Positions 38,074-48,264 of a stretch of DNA of 64,000 bases are shown piece after piece. Every line of letters starts with the position of its first letter. Within the stretch, counting starts at the first letter, position 1. The notes under the pieces are model-generated. The model saw only the letters and a list, made by a program, of their open reading frames with translations, did no database searches and was not told the DNA's origin. The DNA comes from Acidimicrobiia bacterium (GTDB taxonomy: Bacteria; Actinomycetota; Acidimicrobiia; Spongiisociales; JAOTWH01), in contig JAZFSG010000046.1 in NCBI GenBank assembly GCA_036446035.1, forward strand, positions 5,283 to 69,282. The letters run 5' to 3'. A program made the translations under genes and the position numbers.

Positions 38074-38820
38074 TCAAAGAGCGATTCCCCCGTCGACCCT
38101 GATCACCTGGCCGGTGATATATCCGGCTTCTTCCGACGAAAGATAACCCACTGCCGACGCCACCTCTTGTGGGGTCCCGAACCGTCCAGCGATCGTCATG
38201 TCGCGAGCGGCCTGCTTGACCTCGTCGGAAAGGGGCGCCGTCAACTCGGTGTCGATGTAGCCGGGTGCCACGATATTGACGGTGATGGACCGCGAGCCGA
38301 CTTCCTTGGCTACAGACATGGTGAAGCCACCAAGCCCGGCCTTGGCGGCGGCGTAGTTGGCCTGACCGGCGTTGCCGGACAGGCCGGAGACGGAGGAGAT
38401 CGAGATGACCCGCCCCCAGCGCGCCTTGACCATGTCCTTCAGAGCAAGGCGGGTGCAGAGAAAGGCCGACCGGAGGTCGACGCGCAGCACCTCGTCCCAG
38501 TCCTCTGTCGACATCCGCATCACCAGGCCATCGCGGGTCACTCCGGCGTTGTTGACGAGGATGGCGACAGGTCCGAGCTCCGAGCGCACCGCCTCGAAGA
38601 CGGCTTCGACGGCGTCTTCGTCGCCGACGTCTCCGGCGAACGCGACGGCACTTCCCCCCGCCTCCTCGATATTGGCCACGACATCTTTTGCGGCATCGAC
38701 ATTCGTCGAGAAGTTCACGGCAACTTGGTGACCACGCCGCGCCAGCTCGACGGAGATCGCCCTGCCGATGCCCCGCGAGCCACCAGTGACGACGGCGACG
38801 CTCAAGCGCCCCGTCCGTAC
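38074..38820 (-). CDS. fabG: 3-oxoacyl-ACP reductase (SDR family)
   Basis: VAVVTGGSRGIGRAI, NNAG and YAAAKAG (SDR catalytic YxxxK). The ORF-track start at 38937 sits inside fabH, so the start was trimmed. Confidence 0.85.
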   Translation of the reverse strand, partial: VRTGRLSVAVVTGGSRGIGRAISVELARRGHQVAVNFSTNVDAAKDVVANIEEAGGSAVAFAGDVGDEDAVEAVFEAVRSELGPVAILVNNAGVTRDGLVMRMSTEDWDEVLRVDLRSAFLCTRLALKDMVKARWGRVISISSVSGLSGNAGQANYAAAKAGLGGFTMSVAKEVGSRSITVNIVAPGYIDTELTAPLSDEVKQAARDMTIAGRFGTPQEVASAVGYLSSEEAGYITGQVIRVDGGIAL

Positions 38821-39893
38821 AGCTCGAGGTTGGGTGCCAGTAGCTCGAGAGCCGTGACATCGCTTGGTGCAAGACCGGCATCGCTGACACCGAGGGGCTC
38901 GACTCGCGGGCCCCACTTGACGGCGGCTGCTGCCCAACTCAAGCCGCCGCCGAAGGCCGTCATGACCAGGTTGGCGCCGGGCCGAATCCGCTTCTCCTCG
39001 AGGGCTTCGGTGATGGCGATCGGAATGGTCGCCGCCGACGTGTTGCCGTAGGAAGCGATGTTGACGAAGACCTTCTCCGGAGGAAGCTGCATCCGGCGGG
39101 CGGTGGCATCAATGATCCGAACGTTGGCCTGATGGGGCACCAGGAGGTCGACGTCGTCGAGCGTCCAGCCGGCCTCCTCCACTACATTGGTCGAAGCCTC
39201 GCCCATCTTGGTCACGGCCTGCTTGAAGACTTCCGGTCCGTCCATGGTCAGGTCGGGCAACAGATTGTGACCGGGTCCAGACTCGGATCCCGTGTTGCCG
39301 GCGCAGAGGATGTCGCCTTGCGACCCGTCAGATCCAAGCTCCATGGCCAGCACCCCGGCCTCGTCATCAGTTGCCTCAACAACGATCGCGCCTGCCCCGT
39401 CGCCGAAGAGCACAGCCGTGTTGCGTCGCGTGAAGTCGAGCCACGGCGTCAGCCGCTCCGCCCCGATGACAAGGGCCTTGGAGGCGGCTCCCGCCCTAAC
39501 CATCTTGTCGGCGGTCGAGTAGGCGTAGATGAACCCCGAACAGGCGGCGTTGATGTCCATCGCCCCGGCGCGGGTCGCACCGATCATGTCCTGCACTTTG
39601 GAGCTGGACGCGGGGAGGAGCTTGTCGGGCGTGCAGGTTGCCAAGATCACCAGGTCGATCTGGGATCCTTCGAGTCCGGCGGCAGCCAATGCTCGCTCGG
39701 CCGCCACCCACGCCAGGTCCGTAACCGGAACATGGCTGACGCGACGCTCCTTGATGCCAGTTCGCGTCGTTATCCATTCGTCGTTGGTGTCAGCGATCTG
39801 TTCCAGATCGGCATTTGACAGGATGGCTGGTGGGGTGCACTTCCCCCAACCTGTGATCATGGCGTGACGCATTGGGCTCCCTCGGGTGGCCAT
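38802..39893 (-). CDS. fabH: 3-oxoacyl-ACP synthase III
   Basis: ITGWGKCTPP, active-site Cys in AACSGFIYA, and the HQANVRII His-Asn motifs. Confidence 0.9.
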   Translation of the reverse strand: MATRGSPMRHAMITGWGKCTPPAILSNADLEQIADTNDEWITTRTGIKERRVSHVPVTDLAWVAAERALAAAGLEGSQIDLVILATCTPDKLLPASSSKVQDMIGATRAGAMDINAACSGFIYAYSTADKMVRAGAASKALVIGAERLTPWLDFTRRNTAVLFGDGAGAIVVEATDDEAGVLAMELGSDGSQGDILCAGNTGSESGPGHNLLPDLTMDGPEVFKQAVTKMGEASTNVVEEAGWTLDDVDLLVPHQANVRIIDATARRMQLPPEKVFVNIASYGNTSAATIPIAITEALEEKRIRPGANLVMTAFGGGLSWAAAAVKWGPRVEPLGVSDAGLAPSDVTALELLAPNLELYGRGA

Positions 39894-40828
39894 CAGTCTA
39901 CGGGCAGCTTGAGTTGTGATGCGGCTTGAGAGATCGTCTCGGCGTCGGCCGCCGCGGCAGTGATCGCTCCGTCAACGGAACGACGCGCCATACCGGTGGT
40001 CACGTTGCCGGGGCCGAGATGCACGAATGCCCCAACACCTGCCGCTCCCATCGCCACCAGCGAGTCGCCGAAGCGAACAGGCGACGTCAACTGACGCGCC
40101 AGCGAGTCGGCGATATCGGAGCCGTATGGCATGGCGTCGGTATTACTCCACACCGGAAAGGCCGGGCCGTCGAAGTGCTGGCCCGCCAGCTCAACTCGGA
40201 AGGCTGCGGCCGCGCCATCCATGAGCGGAGTGTGGAACGCCCCTGCCACCTCGAGAGGCACCACCCGGCGCAGGCCGAGCTCGGTGGCCCCCGAGACCAG
40301 CCAGGCGATGTCGGATTCGGCACCGGCCAATACCGTTTGCCCCGGCGCATTGAGGTTGGCTACCCACAGCTGGCCGCCATCGTCACGCCTTGCCGCGCAG
40401 ATGCCTTCGAGTTCGTCCACCTCGGCGCCCATCACCGCTGCCATGCCTGAAGCGGTGTCGGCCGCTGCCGCTGCCATCGCTTGCCCTCGCTTGGCGACGA
40501 GGGCGAGGCCATCGAAGAAGTCGAGCACCCCGGCGGCAGCCAGGGCCGTGTATTCACCCAGGGAGTGACCTGCGGCGGCGCTCGGGGGTTGAGCAACCGA
40601 CTCTCTCCACAGCTCCCACGCCACGTATGAGAGGGCGTAGAGGGCAGGCTGCGCGACATCTGTTCGCGTCAGGTGGTCGGCGGGCCCCTCCAGGCAGGCA
40701 GTCCGCAGCGACCAGCCGAGCACCTCGTCCGTTCGCGGTCCGAGTAGATCCGGCCGTTCCTCGAAGAGAGAGCCTCCCATCCCGACGAACTGACTCCCCT
40801 GTCCCGGGAACAACACTGCATACTCCAT
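39893..40828 (-). CDS. fabD: ACP S-malonyltransferase
   Basis: FPGQGSQ and GHSLGEY active-site motifs. Confidence 0.9.
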   Translation of the reverse strand: MEYAVLFPGQGSQFVGMGGSLFEERPDLLGPRTDEVLGWSLRTACLEGPADHLTRTDVAQPALYALSYVAWELWRESVAQPPSAAAGHSLGEYTALAAAGVLDFFDGLALVAKRGQAMAAAAADTASGMAAVMGAEVDELEGICAARRDDGGQLWVANLNAPGQTVLAGAESDIAWLVSGATELGLRRVVPLEVAGAFHTPLMDGAAAAFRVELAGQHFDGPAFPVWSNTDAMPYGSDIADSLARQLTSPVRFGDSLVAMGAAGVGAFVHLGPGNVTTGMARRSVDGAITAAAADAETISQAASQLKLPVD

Positions 40829-40901
40829 GCCCGTCTGACTCCCCCCTATCGCCGACCGTTACCCGCTTGATTGTCCGCAGACGGGTGCCGATGATTGGCG
40901 A

Positions 40902-41579
40902 ATGCGCCCTGCCTACGCCGCTGCCCTTGTCGTCGCCATCGTTGCCGGCATCTTCGGGTTGCAAAGAGCCTCCCGGTTCGCGCCTGGAGCTGACGCCACC
41001 GTCAGGGCACTGACGACAGAGCCCGTGCTGGTGCAGCTCGACTTCTCTCCCGATGCTGACGAAACGACGACGGCGCTGGTGCGCGCCTTGGGCGCCGCGG
41101 CCTCCACGGAGTCGCAGGAGGAGATCGCCGACGAGCTGGCGGCCCTGGCGAAGGACTCCAAGTTCATCGAACGCGTAACGACCGAGGCCATCCAGCGCCT
41201 CGACACGGACGCCGCCGCGCTCGCCTTCTCGACGACCAGGGTTGATGGAGAGGGCGACGTCGTCACGATCATCGGGATAACCATCGAGATCCTCCCCCGG
41301 GGTCATCGTGACGGCATCAGCAGGGCCCACGAGGACGGTCACGCCGCAGTGAACAACGGCATCATCGAGAACTGCGGGGCGAGCATCGTTGCGTTCGAGG
41401 TGGGTGGCGGCACGACCGGCAACAGGCTCGTTGAGGCGATCAACGATCACATCGCGGCTCTCGAAGAACGAGCCCACGCCTATTACCACGGCGACGTCAG
41501 GGAAGGGGTCCTCGGGAGCCACGACAGAGCAGCGCGTCGGGCCATCGAGTCTCTGGAGCGCAACGGCTGCGTCGTCTAG
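40902..41579 (+). CDS. hypothetical protein with an N-terminal membrane anchor (225 aa)
   Basis: N-terminal TM/signal segment and high GC3. No family recognised. Confidence 0.5.
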   Translation: MRPAYAAALVVAIVAGIFGLQRASRFAPGADATVRALTTEPVLVQLDFSPDADETTTALVRALGAAASTESQEEIADELAALAKDSKFIERVTTEAIQRLDTDAAALAFSTTRVDGEGDVVTIIGITIEILPRGHRDGISRAHEDGHAAVNNGIIENCGASIVAFEVGGGTTGNRLVEAINDHIAALEERAHAYYHGDVREGVLGSHDRAARRAIESLERNGCVV

Positions 41580-42613
41580 TCGGCGGCGGCGGCTGTGATG
41601 ATCTCCAACGCCTTGGTGGCGTCTGGAGCGGTCACACCCAGGTGAAAGACGATGCGGATCGTGTTCGATCCCGTTGGCAAGAGGTTGACGCCGTTGGCCC
41701 GACAAGTTGTGGAGAACTCAGCAGCCGACTTCTCCGTCACTCGGAAGTAGACCATGTTGGTAACGACGGTCTCGAGGTCAACGTCGAGTCCGGCGGCGTT
41801 GGCGATACCGGCGGCGACACTCTTCGCGTTGTCATGATCCTCCGTAAGTCTCTGGCGATGGTTGGTGATGGCGTAGGCAGCGCCGGCAGCCATCATTCCC
41901 GCCTGGCGGAAGCCGCCGCCGTACATCTGCTTGAACCGCCTGGCTCGATCGATCACCGCGCGATCGCCTACAAGAGCTGAGCCAACTGGTGCGCCGAGAC
42001 CCTTGGAAAAGCACACGCTGACAGTGTCGAAGCCATACGCGTATTCACTCTCGGCGATTCCAGTGGCGGCCGACGCGTTCCACAGTCGAGCGCCATCGAG
42101 GTGCGTGCCCAGGCCCAGCTCGCCCGCTGTCGCAGCCACGGCGTGCAGATCCTGTAGTGACCAGATGGCGCCACCGGCACCGTTGTGGGTGTTCTCAGCG
42201 GCAAGCAACGTGACCGGCTGGAACAGAGCTCCTGGCATCCCCGCGGGCGGCTCGGGGACGGCACGACGCACCTCCTCCGCGGTGAAGGTGCCCCTTGTCG
42301 AGTCCAGCTCTTTGATCGTCACTCCGGCGAGAGCATTGGCGGCCCCCAGCTCGTTGGTGTTGATGTGGGCCCTGGCTGCAGCCAGCACAACATCACCCGA
42401 TTCGGTGTGAGCGCGGATCGCCACCTGGTTCGACATGGTTCCCGTCGGCATGTAGATGGCGTCTTCCTTGCCGAGGAGCTCGCTAACCATCTCCTCGAGC
42501 GCCAACACGCTCGGGTCGTCGTGGTAGACGTCGTCGCCAACCGGAGCATCGGCGATGGCCTGGCGCATCTCAGGGGTCGGTTGGGTCACCGTGTCGCTGC
42601 GAAGGTCGATCAT
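41576..42613 (-). CDS. ltaE: low-specificity L-threonine aldolase
   Basis: MIDLRSDTVTQPTPEMRQAIA start and the fold-type I PLP lysine region (TVSVCFSKGLGAPVG). Start trimmed from the ORF-track 42664. Confidence 0.85.
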   Translation of the reverse strand: MIDLRSDTVTQPTPEMRQAIADAPVGDDVYHDDPSVLALEEMVSELLGKEDAIYMPTGTMSNQVAIRAHTESGDVVLAAARAHINTNELGAANALAGVTIKELDSTRGTFTAEEVRRAVPEPPAGMPGALFQPVTLLAAENTHNGAGGAIWSLQDLHAVAATAGELGLGTHLDGARLWNASAATGIAESEYAYGFDTVSVCFSKGLGAPVGSALVGDRAVIDRARRFKQMYGGGFRQAGMMAAGAAYAITNHRQRLTEDHDNAKSVAAGIANAAGLDVDLETVVTNMVYFRVTEKSAAEFSTTCRANGVNLLPTGSNTIRIVFHLGVTAPDATKALEIITAAAAD

Positions 42614-42681
42614 GGGTCGCGAGCTTAGGTGGAGGACCTTGAGTGAGTCGGCCGCGGTGTCCACAATGCACCGTCGTGACT

Positions 42682-44751
42682 ATGAGAGACCGGATACCGG
42701 TCGGGCCGGGAAGCCCGATGCACGTGCCAGGGACGTTCCCCGGTCTCTACGACCTCGCCCACAACCTGTGGTGGAGCTGGGACACACCGGCTCGAAGACT
42801 GTGGGCCGACATCGACGACCACCGGTGGCGCGAGAATCGCAATCCACTCAGCCTGCTGGCTGCGGTTGAGCGTGAACGCTGGGCTGCTCTTACCGACGAT
42901 CCCGCCTTCGCGGCTCGCTACAAAGACGTGCTCGGACGCTTCACCGAGTACCTCGCCTCCACGGACACCTGGTACGCAACGGCTCACGGCGACAAGCTGA
43001 ACGCCGGAATCGCTTACCTGTCGGCCGAGTTCGGCGTGCACGCATCGCTGCCCTTTTACTCGGGCGGCCTCGGAGTTCTGGCCGGCGACCACGCCAAGGC
43101 CGCCTCAGACCTCGGCCTTCCCCTGGTCGGCGTTGGGCTCTTTTACCGACGCGGCTACTTCCGCCAGGAGGTAGACCAGGATGGCGAACAGCAACATCAC
43201 TACGCCCACATAGAGCTGTCGAGGCGACCAGTCCGTCCGGTCCTCGACGGAAACGGGAAGGCGCTGCAGGTCGCGATCGAGTTGCCCGATCGATCGGTCG
43301 CCGCCGCGGTGTGGCGCGTCGATGTCGGGCGAGTGCCACTGGTCCTGCTCGACACCGACGTCGAGGACAACCACCCTGCAGATCGGCCGATCACGCACAC
43401 GCTCTATGTTCGCAATCGTGAGGCGCGGCTGACGCAAGAGCTCGTCCTGGGGATCGGCGCCGTTCGCGTGCTCGACGCCCTCGACATCCAACCTGCGGTG
43501 TGGCACATCAACGAGGGCCACGCCGCCTTCAGTCTCCTGGAACGACTCGGAGCAGCCGACGATCCCAGCACGGTCGCTGCGAACTCGATCTTCACACTCC
43601 ATACCCCGGTGCCGGCGGGAAACGAGGTGTTCGACCTCGCTCTCGTCGAGGACTACGCCAAGGTGGCGCTTCCGCAGGTCGCCTGGGAAACAGCCCGCGA
43701 GCTGGCCGCAGCTCCTCACAACGGAGGATTCAACCTCAGCTCGCTCGCCATCAGGCTCACCTCCCATACGAACGGTGTCAGCCGGCGCCACGCCGAGGTG
43801 GCATCGGGTGACTGGTCGGATCTCATCGGCGGTCCGGCGGAGGCCATTACCAACGCCATCCACCTTCCAACATGGACCGGACCCCGGATGGCCGAGCTCT
43901 GGGAGGCGAAACTGGGAGATGCCTGGTACTCACTGGTCGCCGACCCCGCCTCCGCAGCTGAGATCAGGAGCGTTCCCGCCGCCGACATGTGGAGTGCTCA
44001 CATGTATCAGAAGACGGAGATGTCGGACGAGCTGAGGCTCCGCTTGGTTGAGCAAGGCGCCCGCCAGGGAGCGCCATCGGGTCACCTGCGGCGACTCGCA
44101 GCTTCCCTTCCTCCGGAGCGCCTCACGATCGTCTTTGCCCGCCGATTCGCAACCTACAAGCGAGCCCACCTCTTGTTCACGGACATGGATCGGCTTGGTT
44201 CCATCCTCACAGCCCCCGATCGTCCGGTGCAGGTCGTATTCGCAGGGAAGGCCCATCCGGCCGATCGCGAAGGTCAGCGGATCATCGAATCGGTCATGGG
44301 CATAGCCACACACGGTGCGCTGATGGATCATGTGTTCTTCATAGAGAACTACGACATGGACCTCGCCCGCTTTCTGGTGCGGGGAACGGATGTCTGGTTG
44401 AACAACCCGCGGCCCCCGAAGGAGGCCTCAGGTACCTCCGGTATGAAGGCAGCTGCCAACGGCGCCCTCAACCTGTCCGTCCTCGACGGATGGTGGCTCG
44501 AGGGCTACAACGGCGACAACGGCTGGGGATGGGGCGCCACGGCGGGTTCCGACGCCGAGGACGCAGCAGAGCTCTACGACCTGCTCGAGCATCAGGTCGT
44601 ACCGCAGTACTACGACGTTGACCCCAGCGGAGTCCCGTTGCGCTGGGTGGAGATGATGAAGGAGTCCATGGCCAGCCTCGTCGGCCCCTTCAGTGCGACC
44701 CGCATGCTCGTCGACTACACGGAGAAGGCCTACACCCGGTTCGCCAGGTAG
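42682..44751 (+). CDS. alpha-glucan family phosphorylase (GT35, GlgP-like with DUF3417 N-terminus)
   Basis: EASGTSGMKAAANGALNLSVLDGWW is the GT35 PLP-site motif (EASGTxNMK). About 690 aa. The start is uncertain; the ORF track gives GTG 42643. Confidence 0.85.
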   Translation: MRDRIPVGPGSPMHVPGTFPGLYDLAHNLWWSWDTPARRLWADIDDHRWRENRNPLSLLAAVERERWAALTDDPAFAARYKDVLGRFTEYLASTDTWYATAHGDKLNAGIAYLSAEFGVHASLPFYSGGLGVLAGDHAKAASDLGLPLVGVGLFYRRGYFRQEVDQDGEQQHHYAHIELSRRPVRPVLDGNGKALQVAIELPDRSVAAAVWRVDVGRVPLVLLDTDVEDNHPADRPITHTLYVRNREARLTQELVLGIGAVRVLDALDIQPAVWHINEGHAAFSLLERLGAADDPSTVAANSIFTLHTPVPAGNEVFDLALVEDYAKVALPQVAWETARELAAAPHNGGFNLSSLAIRLTSHTNGVSRRHAEVASGDWSDLIGGPAEAITNAIHLPTWTGPRMAELWEAKLGDAWYSLVADPASAAEIRSVPAADMWSAHMYQKTEMSDELRLRLVEQGARQGAPSGHLRRLAASLPPERLTIVFARRFATYKRAHLLFTDMDRLGSILTAPDRPVQVVFAGKAHPADREGQRIIESVMGIATHGALMDHVFFIENYDMDLARFLVRGTDVWLNNPRPPKEASGTSGMKAAANGALNLSVLDGWWLEGYNGDNGWGWGATAGSDAEDAAELYDLLEHQVVPQYYDVDPSGVPLRWVEMMKESMASLVGPFSATRMLVDYTEKAYTRFAR

Positions 44752-44772
44752 GGCAGGCTGGGCGCTTCGTCG

Positions 44773-45945
44773 CTACAGGCGGTCGAGGGATCGCCGCAGG
44801 TTGCGGACCGCCTGGTTGATTCGCTTGGTGTTCTCGACGAGGGCGAATCGGACATGACGGTCTCCCGACGGCCCGAAGCCGATACCGGGTGACACCGCAA
44901 CCTTCGACTCCTCGAGCAGCTTCACCGCGAAGTCGAGTGACCCCATGTCTGCGTACGGACCGGGGATCTCGGCCCACAGGAACATGGTTCCCTGTGGCCG
45001 ATCGACCTTCCAGCCTGCCCGGTTGAGGCCGTCGACCAGCGCGTCACGCCGCTCTCTGTACACGGCGGACACCTCGGCGGGATAGTCATCGCACTCGTTG
45101 AGGGCGATTATCGATGCGATCTGGATCGGCTGGAAGGTGCCGTAATCGAGGTAGGACTTGAGTTTGGCCAGTGCTGCCACCATCTCGGCATTGCCGACGA
45201 CGAATCCGACGCGCCATCCCGCCATCGAATGGCCCTTCGACATCGTGTACAGCTCGACACCGACGTCGGTAGCACCCGGCACCTCGAGCATGCTCGGAGG
45301 CTGGTAGCCGTCGAAGATGATGTCGGCGTAGGCGTGATCGTGCACCAGCATCACTTCATGCTCCCTGGCGAAGGCGACGAGCTTGGCGAAGAAGTCGATA
45401 TCGACGCACGCCGTCGTCGGGTTGTGCGGGAACGAGGTCAGGATGACCCGTGGCCGCACCGTGGAGCTCCGAAACGCTTCGGTGAGACGCTCGAAAAAGT
45501 CTGAGTCGACAGTTAGGTGCACCCGCAGCACGTCCGCGCCCGCCATCGCCGGCGCGTAAATGTGGATCGGATAAGACGGCTCTGGCACGAGAGCGACGTC
45601 ACCCGGCTCGACTAGCGTCCACATCAGGTGCGACAGGCCCTCCTTGGCACCGATCGTCGTGATCACCTGTGTGTCAGGGTCGAGTTCGACGCCGAAGCGG
45701 CGCAGATAGCGGTCGGCGACCGCCTTGCGCAGGTTGGGAATCCCCCGCGACGACGAGTAGGCGTGATTCGTCGGACGCCTCGCGGCTTCGATCAGTTTGT
45801 CGACGACCACCTGAGGCGATGGAACATCCGGATTGCCGAAGCCGAGATCGATGACGTCGTCTCCGACGCGACGCCTGGCGGCCTTCAGCTCGTTGATGGT
45901 CGAGAACACGTATGGCGGCAGACTGCCGATGCGGCGGAATTCCAA
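44773..45945 (-). CDS. PLP-dependent aminotransferase (AlaA/AspB-like class I)
   Basis: LEFRRIGSLPPYVF...IDLGFGNPD N-terminus and the SKGHSMAGWRVG PLP-lysine motif. A TTG start with a GGAGGA Shine-Dalgarno 3-4 nt upstream was chosen over the ORF-track start at 46002. Confidence 0.85.
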   Translation of the reverse strand: MEFRRIGSLPPYVFSTINELKAARRRVGDDVIDLGFGNPDVPSPQVVVDKLIEAARRPTNHAYSSSRGIPNLRKAVADRYLRRFGVELDPDTQVITTIGAKEGLSHLMWTLVEPGDVALVPEPSYPIHIYAPAMAGADVLRVHLTVDSDFFERLTEAFRSSTVRPRVILTSFPHNPTTACVDIDFFAKLVAFAREHEVMLVHDHAYADIIFDGYQPPSMLEVPGATDVGVELYTMSKGHSMAGWRVGFVVGNAEMVAALAKLKSYLDYGTFQPIQIASIIALNECDDYPAEVSAVYRERRDALVDGLNRAGWKVDRPQGTMFLWAEIPGPYADMGSLDFAVKLLEESKVAVSPGIGFGPSGDRHVRFALVENTKRINQAVRNLRRSLDRL

Positions 45946-46017
45946 CGGTCCTCCTAAATCCCAGAAATCGTACAGAGCCAACGCCCAGGTTCGCCGTACC
46001 AAGGGAGTGGTGCTGGC

Positions 46018-46404
46018 CTAAGGAAGCGGTGCTGCCCACTCCAGGGCCCGGCGCAGCGGCGGCGGCGCCAGCGCCGCAGCCGCATCCACGAGCGCCTGAA
46101 CGCTCTCGAGCACGGGCTGCCCGCCGTCCCAGTGTTCCTCGAGAATCTCGGTGCCCGCAGCGTCGGCGAGGCGCTTCAGCCCAGACGCAACCACGATGAT
46201 GTCATCGACCTGACCCAGGAACGGAATGAAGTCGGGGATCAGGTCGATCGGAGAGATCGTGTAGCCAAGAGTCGCCAGGGCCAGCACTCGAGCCCGGAAC
46301 GGGACGCGGCTATCGGCGACGAGGCGCCCGTATAGCTTGAGCAGGTTGGGGACCAGCGCCGCCGCCTGGCGTGCGGCATCCTTCCATTCGTCTCGAGTCG
46401 TCAT
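46018..46404 (-). CDS. DUF1232 (YkvA-like) membrane protein
   Basis: PIDLIPDFIPFLGQVDD is the DUF1232 signature. Start trimmed to MTTRDEW. Confidence 0.7.
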   Translation of the reverse strand: MTTRDEWKDAARQAAALVPNLLKLYGRLVADSRVPFRARVLALATLGYTISPIDLIPDFIPFLGQVDDIIVVASGLKRLADAAGTEILEEHWDGGQPVLESVQALVDAAAALAPPPLRRALEWAAPLP

Positions 46405-46424
46405 CGCGCAACGGTACCGAGCAG

Positions 46425-46859
46425 CTATTCGGCCTCGGCGCGCCTCCGCAGCGATCGCAAGGCCGTCGTAACTATGTGGCGCTCTGCCTGCGAGCGCAGG
46501 AAGCCGGGCACATTGAACGCCGGCGTCACTGCCAGGGCGTAAACGACCTCGGTACCGCCGTCCTCGGTCTCGGTGAAGCGGTAGGAACCTTCCATCTCCT
46601 CGATGTCCTCGCCGGGCTCTGCCCGCCACGTCATCTGGTTGGGCGCGTCGTAGGTGTAGTCGAGAACGTAACTGATCCTCCTCACCATGGCCTCAACGTC
46701 GAAGCGTGCGGACGTGGCACGACCCTCGGCGTCGGTCTCGAGGATCTCAACCCCCTTGACGCCCTCGGCCCATTCGGGGTAGCTCGCCAGGTCGGCGGCA
46801 ACTGCGAACAGCTGCTGTGGCGTCGCCGTCGATACGGCGGTACGGACTGTTCCTTCCAT
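46425..46859 (-). CDS. SRPBCC family protein (polyketide cyclase / START-like)
   Basis: YPEWAEGV and the overall ~145-aa Bet v1-like pattern. Start trimmed to MEGTVRT. Confidence 0.65.
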   Translation of the reverse strand: MEGTVRTAVSTATPQQLFAVAADLASYPEWAEGVKGVEILETDAEGRATSARFDVEAMVRRISYVLDYTYDAPNQMTWRAEPGEDIEEMEGSYRFTETEDGGTEVVYALAVTPAFNVPGFLRSQAERHIVTTALRSLRRRAEAE

Positions 46860-46870
46860 CGCCACGGAGG

Positions 46871-47641
46871 CTAGCGATGCAGGGGCTGGTGCACAGTCGC
46901 TCTTCCCGTCGCCCGGAAGTAGCCGATGTTGCGACAAACGGTCTCTCCAAGTCGCCATGTCGTTGCCTGGGGCTGATGTATGTCGCCGAAATAATGAAAC
47001 CGTGGTCGATGGCGCTCGACGTAGTCGCGAACCGGTGTGCTGCCTTTGTGACGGCCGCCGAGCACGTCAGTCGCCAGCGGGCCGACGGCAGGCGCTACAT
47101 GGGTGCACAACACATCGACGTCACCGATGCTGTCTAGCCTTCTCGCCATCTCGTCATCGGACACTTCGCCAGGGACGCCGAGAGGTGTTGCAGTGCCACC
47201 TCCGACGATTCCCACTTCTATGCCATCGACATTGAAGACCGCGCTATCGCCAACGAACTGGGCGTCGGGGGGAAGGGCCGAGGCCAGCAACTCAGGGTCA
47301 TCCACGTTGCCATAGGTGACGATGGCAGACGACCCTTCGAGGGCAGGGCAAATGTCCGCGTAGGCGATCTCGACAGCACTGAGGTAGCTCGCCCGGAACT
47401 CCTCGGGAGAACCGGGGTAGGCCTGGCGCCACAGGGCCGACGCGTCGTCCCAGCGTTTCGCCATCCGTAACCCGATCATCTCGCGAACGGCATCGCGCCC
47501 GACAACGGACGCCAGGATGCCGTCGAAGGTCCGGTAGTCGATGAAGTTGACCAGGTCCCCGAGCACGATCAGCTGGTCACCTCGGGAAGCAACCCGCCGC
47601 AGTGCCGCGGTCGCACCGTGAACATCGGAGACCAGCAGCAT
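46871..47641 (-). CDS. metallophosphoesterase (calcineurin-like)
   Basis: MLLVSDVHG, LIVLGDLV and GNVD are the phosphoesterase motifs I-III. Confidence 0.8.
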   Translation of the reverse strand: MLLVSDVHGATAALRRVASRGDQLIVLGDLVNFIDYRTFDGILASVVGRDAVREMIGLRMAKRWDDASALWRQAYPGSPEEFRASYLSAVEIAYADICPALEGSSAIVTYGNVDDPELLASALPPDAQFVGDSAVFNVDGIEVGIVGGGTATPLGVPGEVSDDEMARRLDSIGDVDVLCTHVAPAVGPLATDVLGGRHKGSTPVRDYVERHRPRFHYFGDIHQPQATTWRLGETVCRNIGYFRATGRATVHQPLHR

Positions 47642-48250
47642 CTACGAGGTCGCCGATCGGAATGCGAGCATCACCGTGGTCATCAGGAGAATGACGACGA
47701 AGCCGCCGACGATCGACAGCACGCGCGGTCGCAGCAACGGCACCGGCTCCCCCTGCGCTAGCCGTACCACATCAACGATGCTCATAGCCCATATCGCCAC
47801 GGCAGCGACGATGAGGATGATTCCGATCAACTCGCCGACGATGACGAGCATCCCACCGACCACCATGGCGGCTATCGCCAGGAACCCGGCGACGACGCCG
47901 ATGCCACCGAAGCCGAGAGAGCCGTAACCGAAGCCCGGAAAGATGATCGACCTCCGCAGGGCCGTCTCAGGATCGAAAGCTGCTCGCTCGGTTTCGGCTC
48001 CGTAGGAGTCATAGATGCTGAGCCCACATAAGGAACACTCCGATCTGTCGACGTCGTTCACCGTTTGACAGGCGCGACACTCCCATCCGCTGCGAGCCGG
48101 AGCTTGGACTGTTGCGGCTCCGTCTGTTGCTGGCGACTCGGGCTCGGAATCCTCCGGCCTTGACCCAAGGCTCCCGAAGCACTGGCCGCACCACTCGGCG
48201 TCCGGCGGATTGGTGGCACCGCAATGAGCACATGTCACGAGTTCCGACAT
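47642..48250 (-). CDS. double zinc-ribbon membrane protein
   Basis: Two CxxC...CxxC ribbons (CAHCG..CGQC and CRAC..CSLC) followed by 2-3 TM helices. Confidence 0.7.
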   Translation of the reverse strand: MSELVTCAHCGATNPPDAEWCGQCFGSLGSRPEDSEPESPATDGAATVQAPARSGWECRACQTVNDVDRSECSLCGLSIYDSYGAETERAAFDPETALRRSIIFPGFGYGSLGFGGIGVVAGFLAIAAMVVGGMLVIVGELIGIILIVAAVAIWAMSIVDVVRLAQGEPVPLLRPRVLSIVGGFVVILLMTTVMLAFRSATS

Positions 48251-48264
48251 CTTCTGAGCGTAGC

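Noticed and set aside
40829-40901. Inverted repeat CCCGTCTG ... CAGACGGG upstream of fabD and the 40902 gene
   Set aside because: It is a single 8-bp inverted repeat spaced ~40 nt apart in a 70-nt divergent promoter gap, with no similarity to known FasR/MabR-type operators. Too weak to call.
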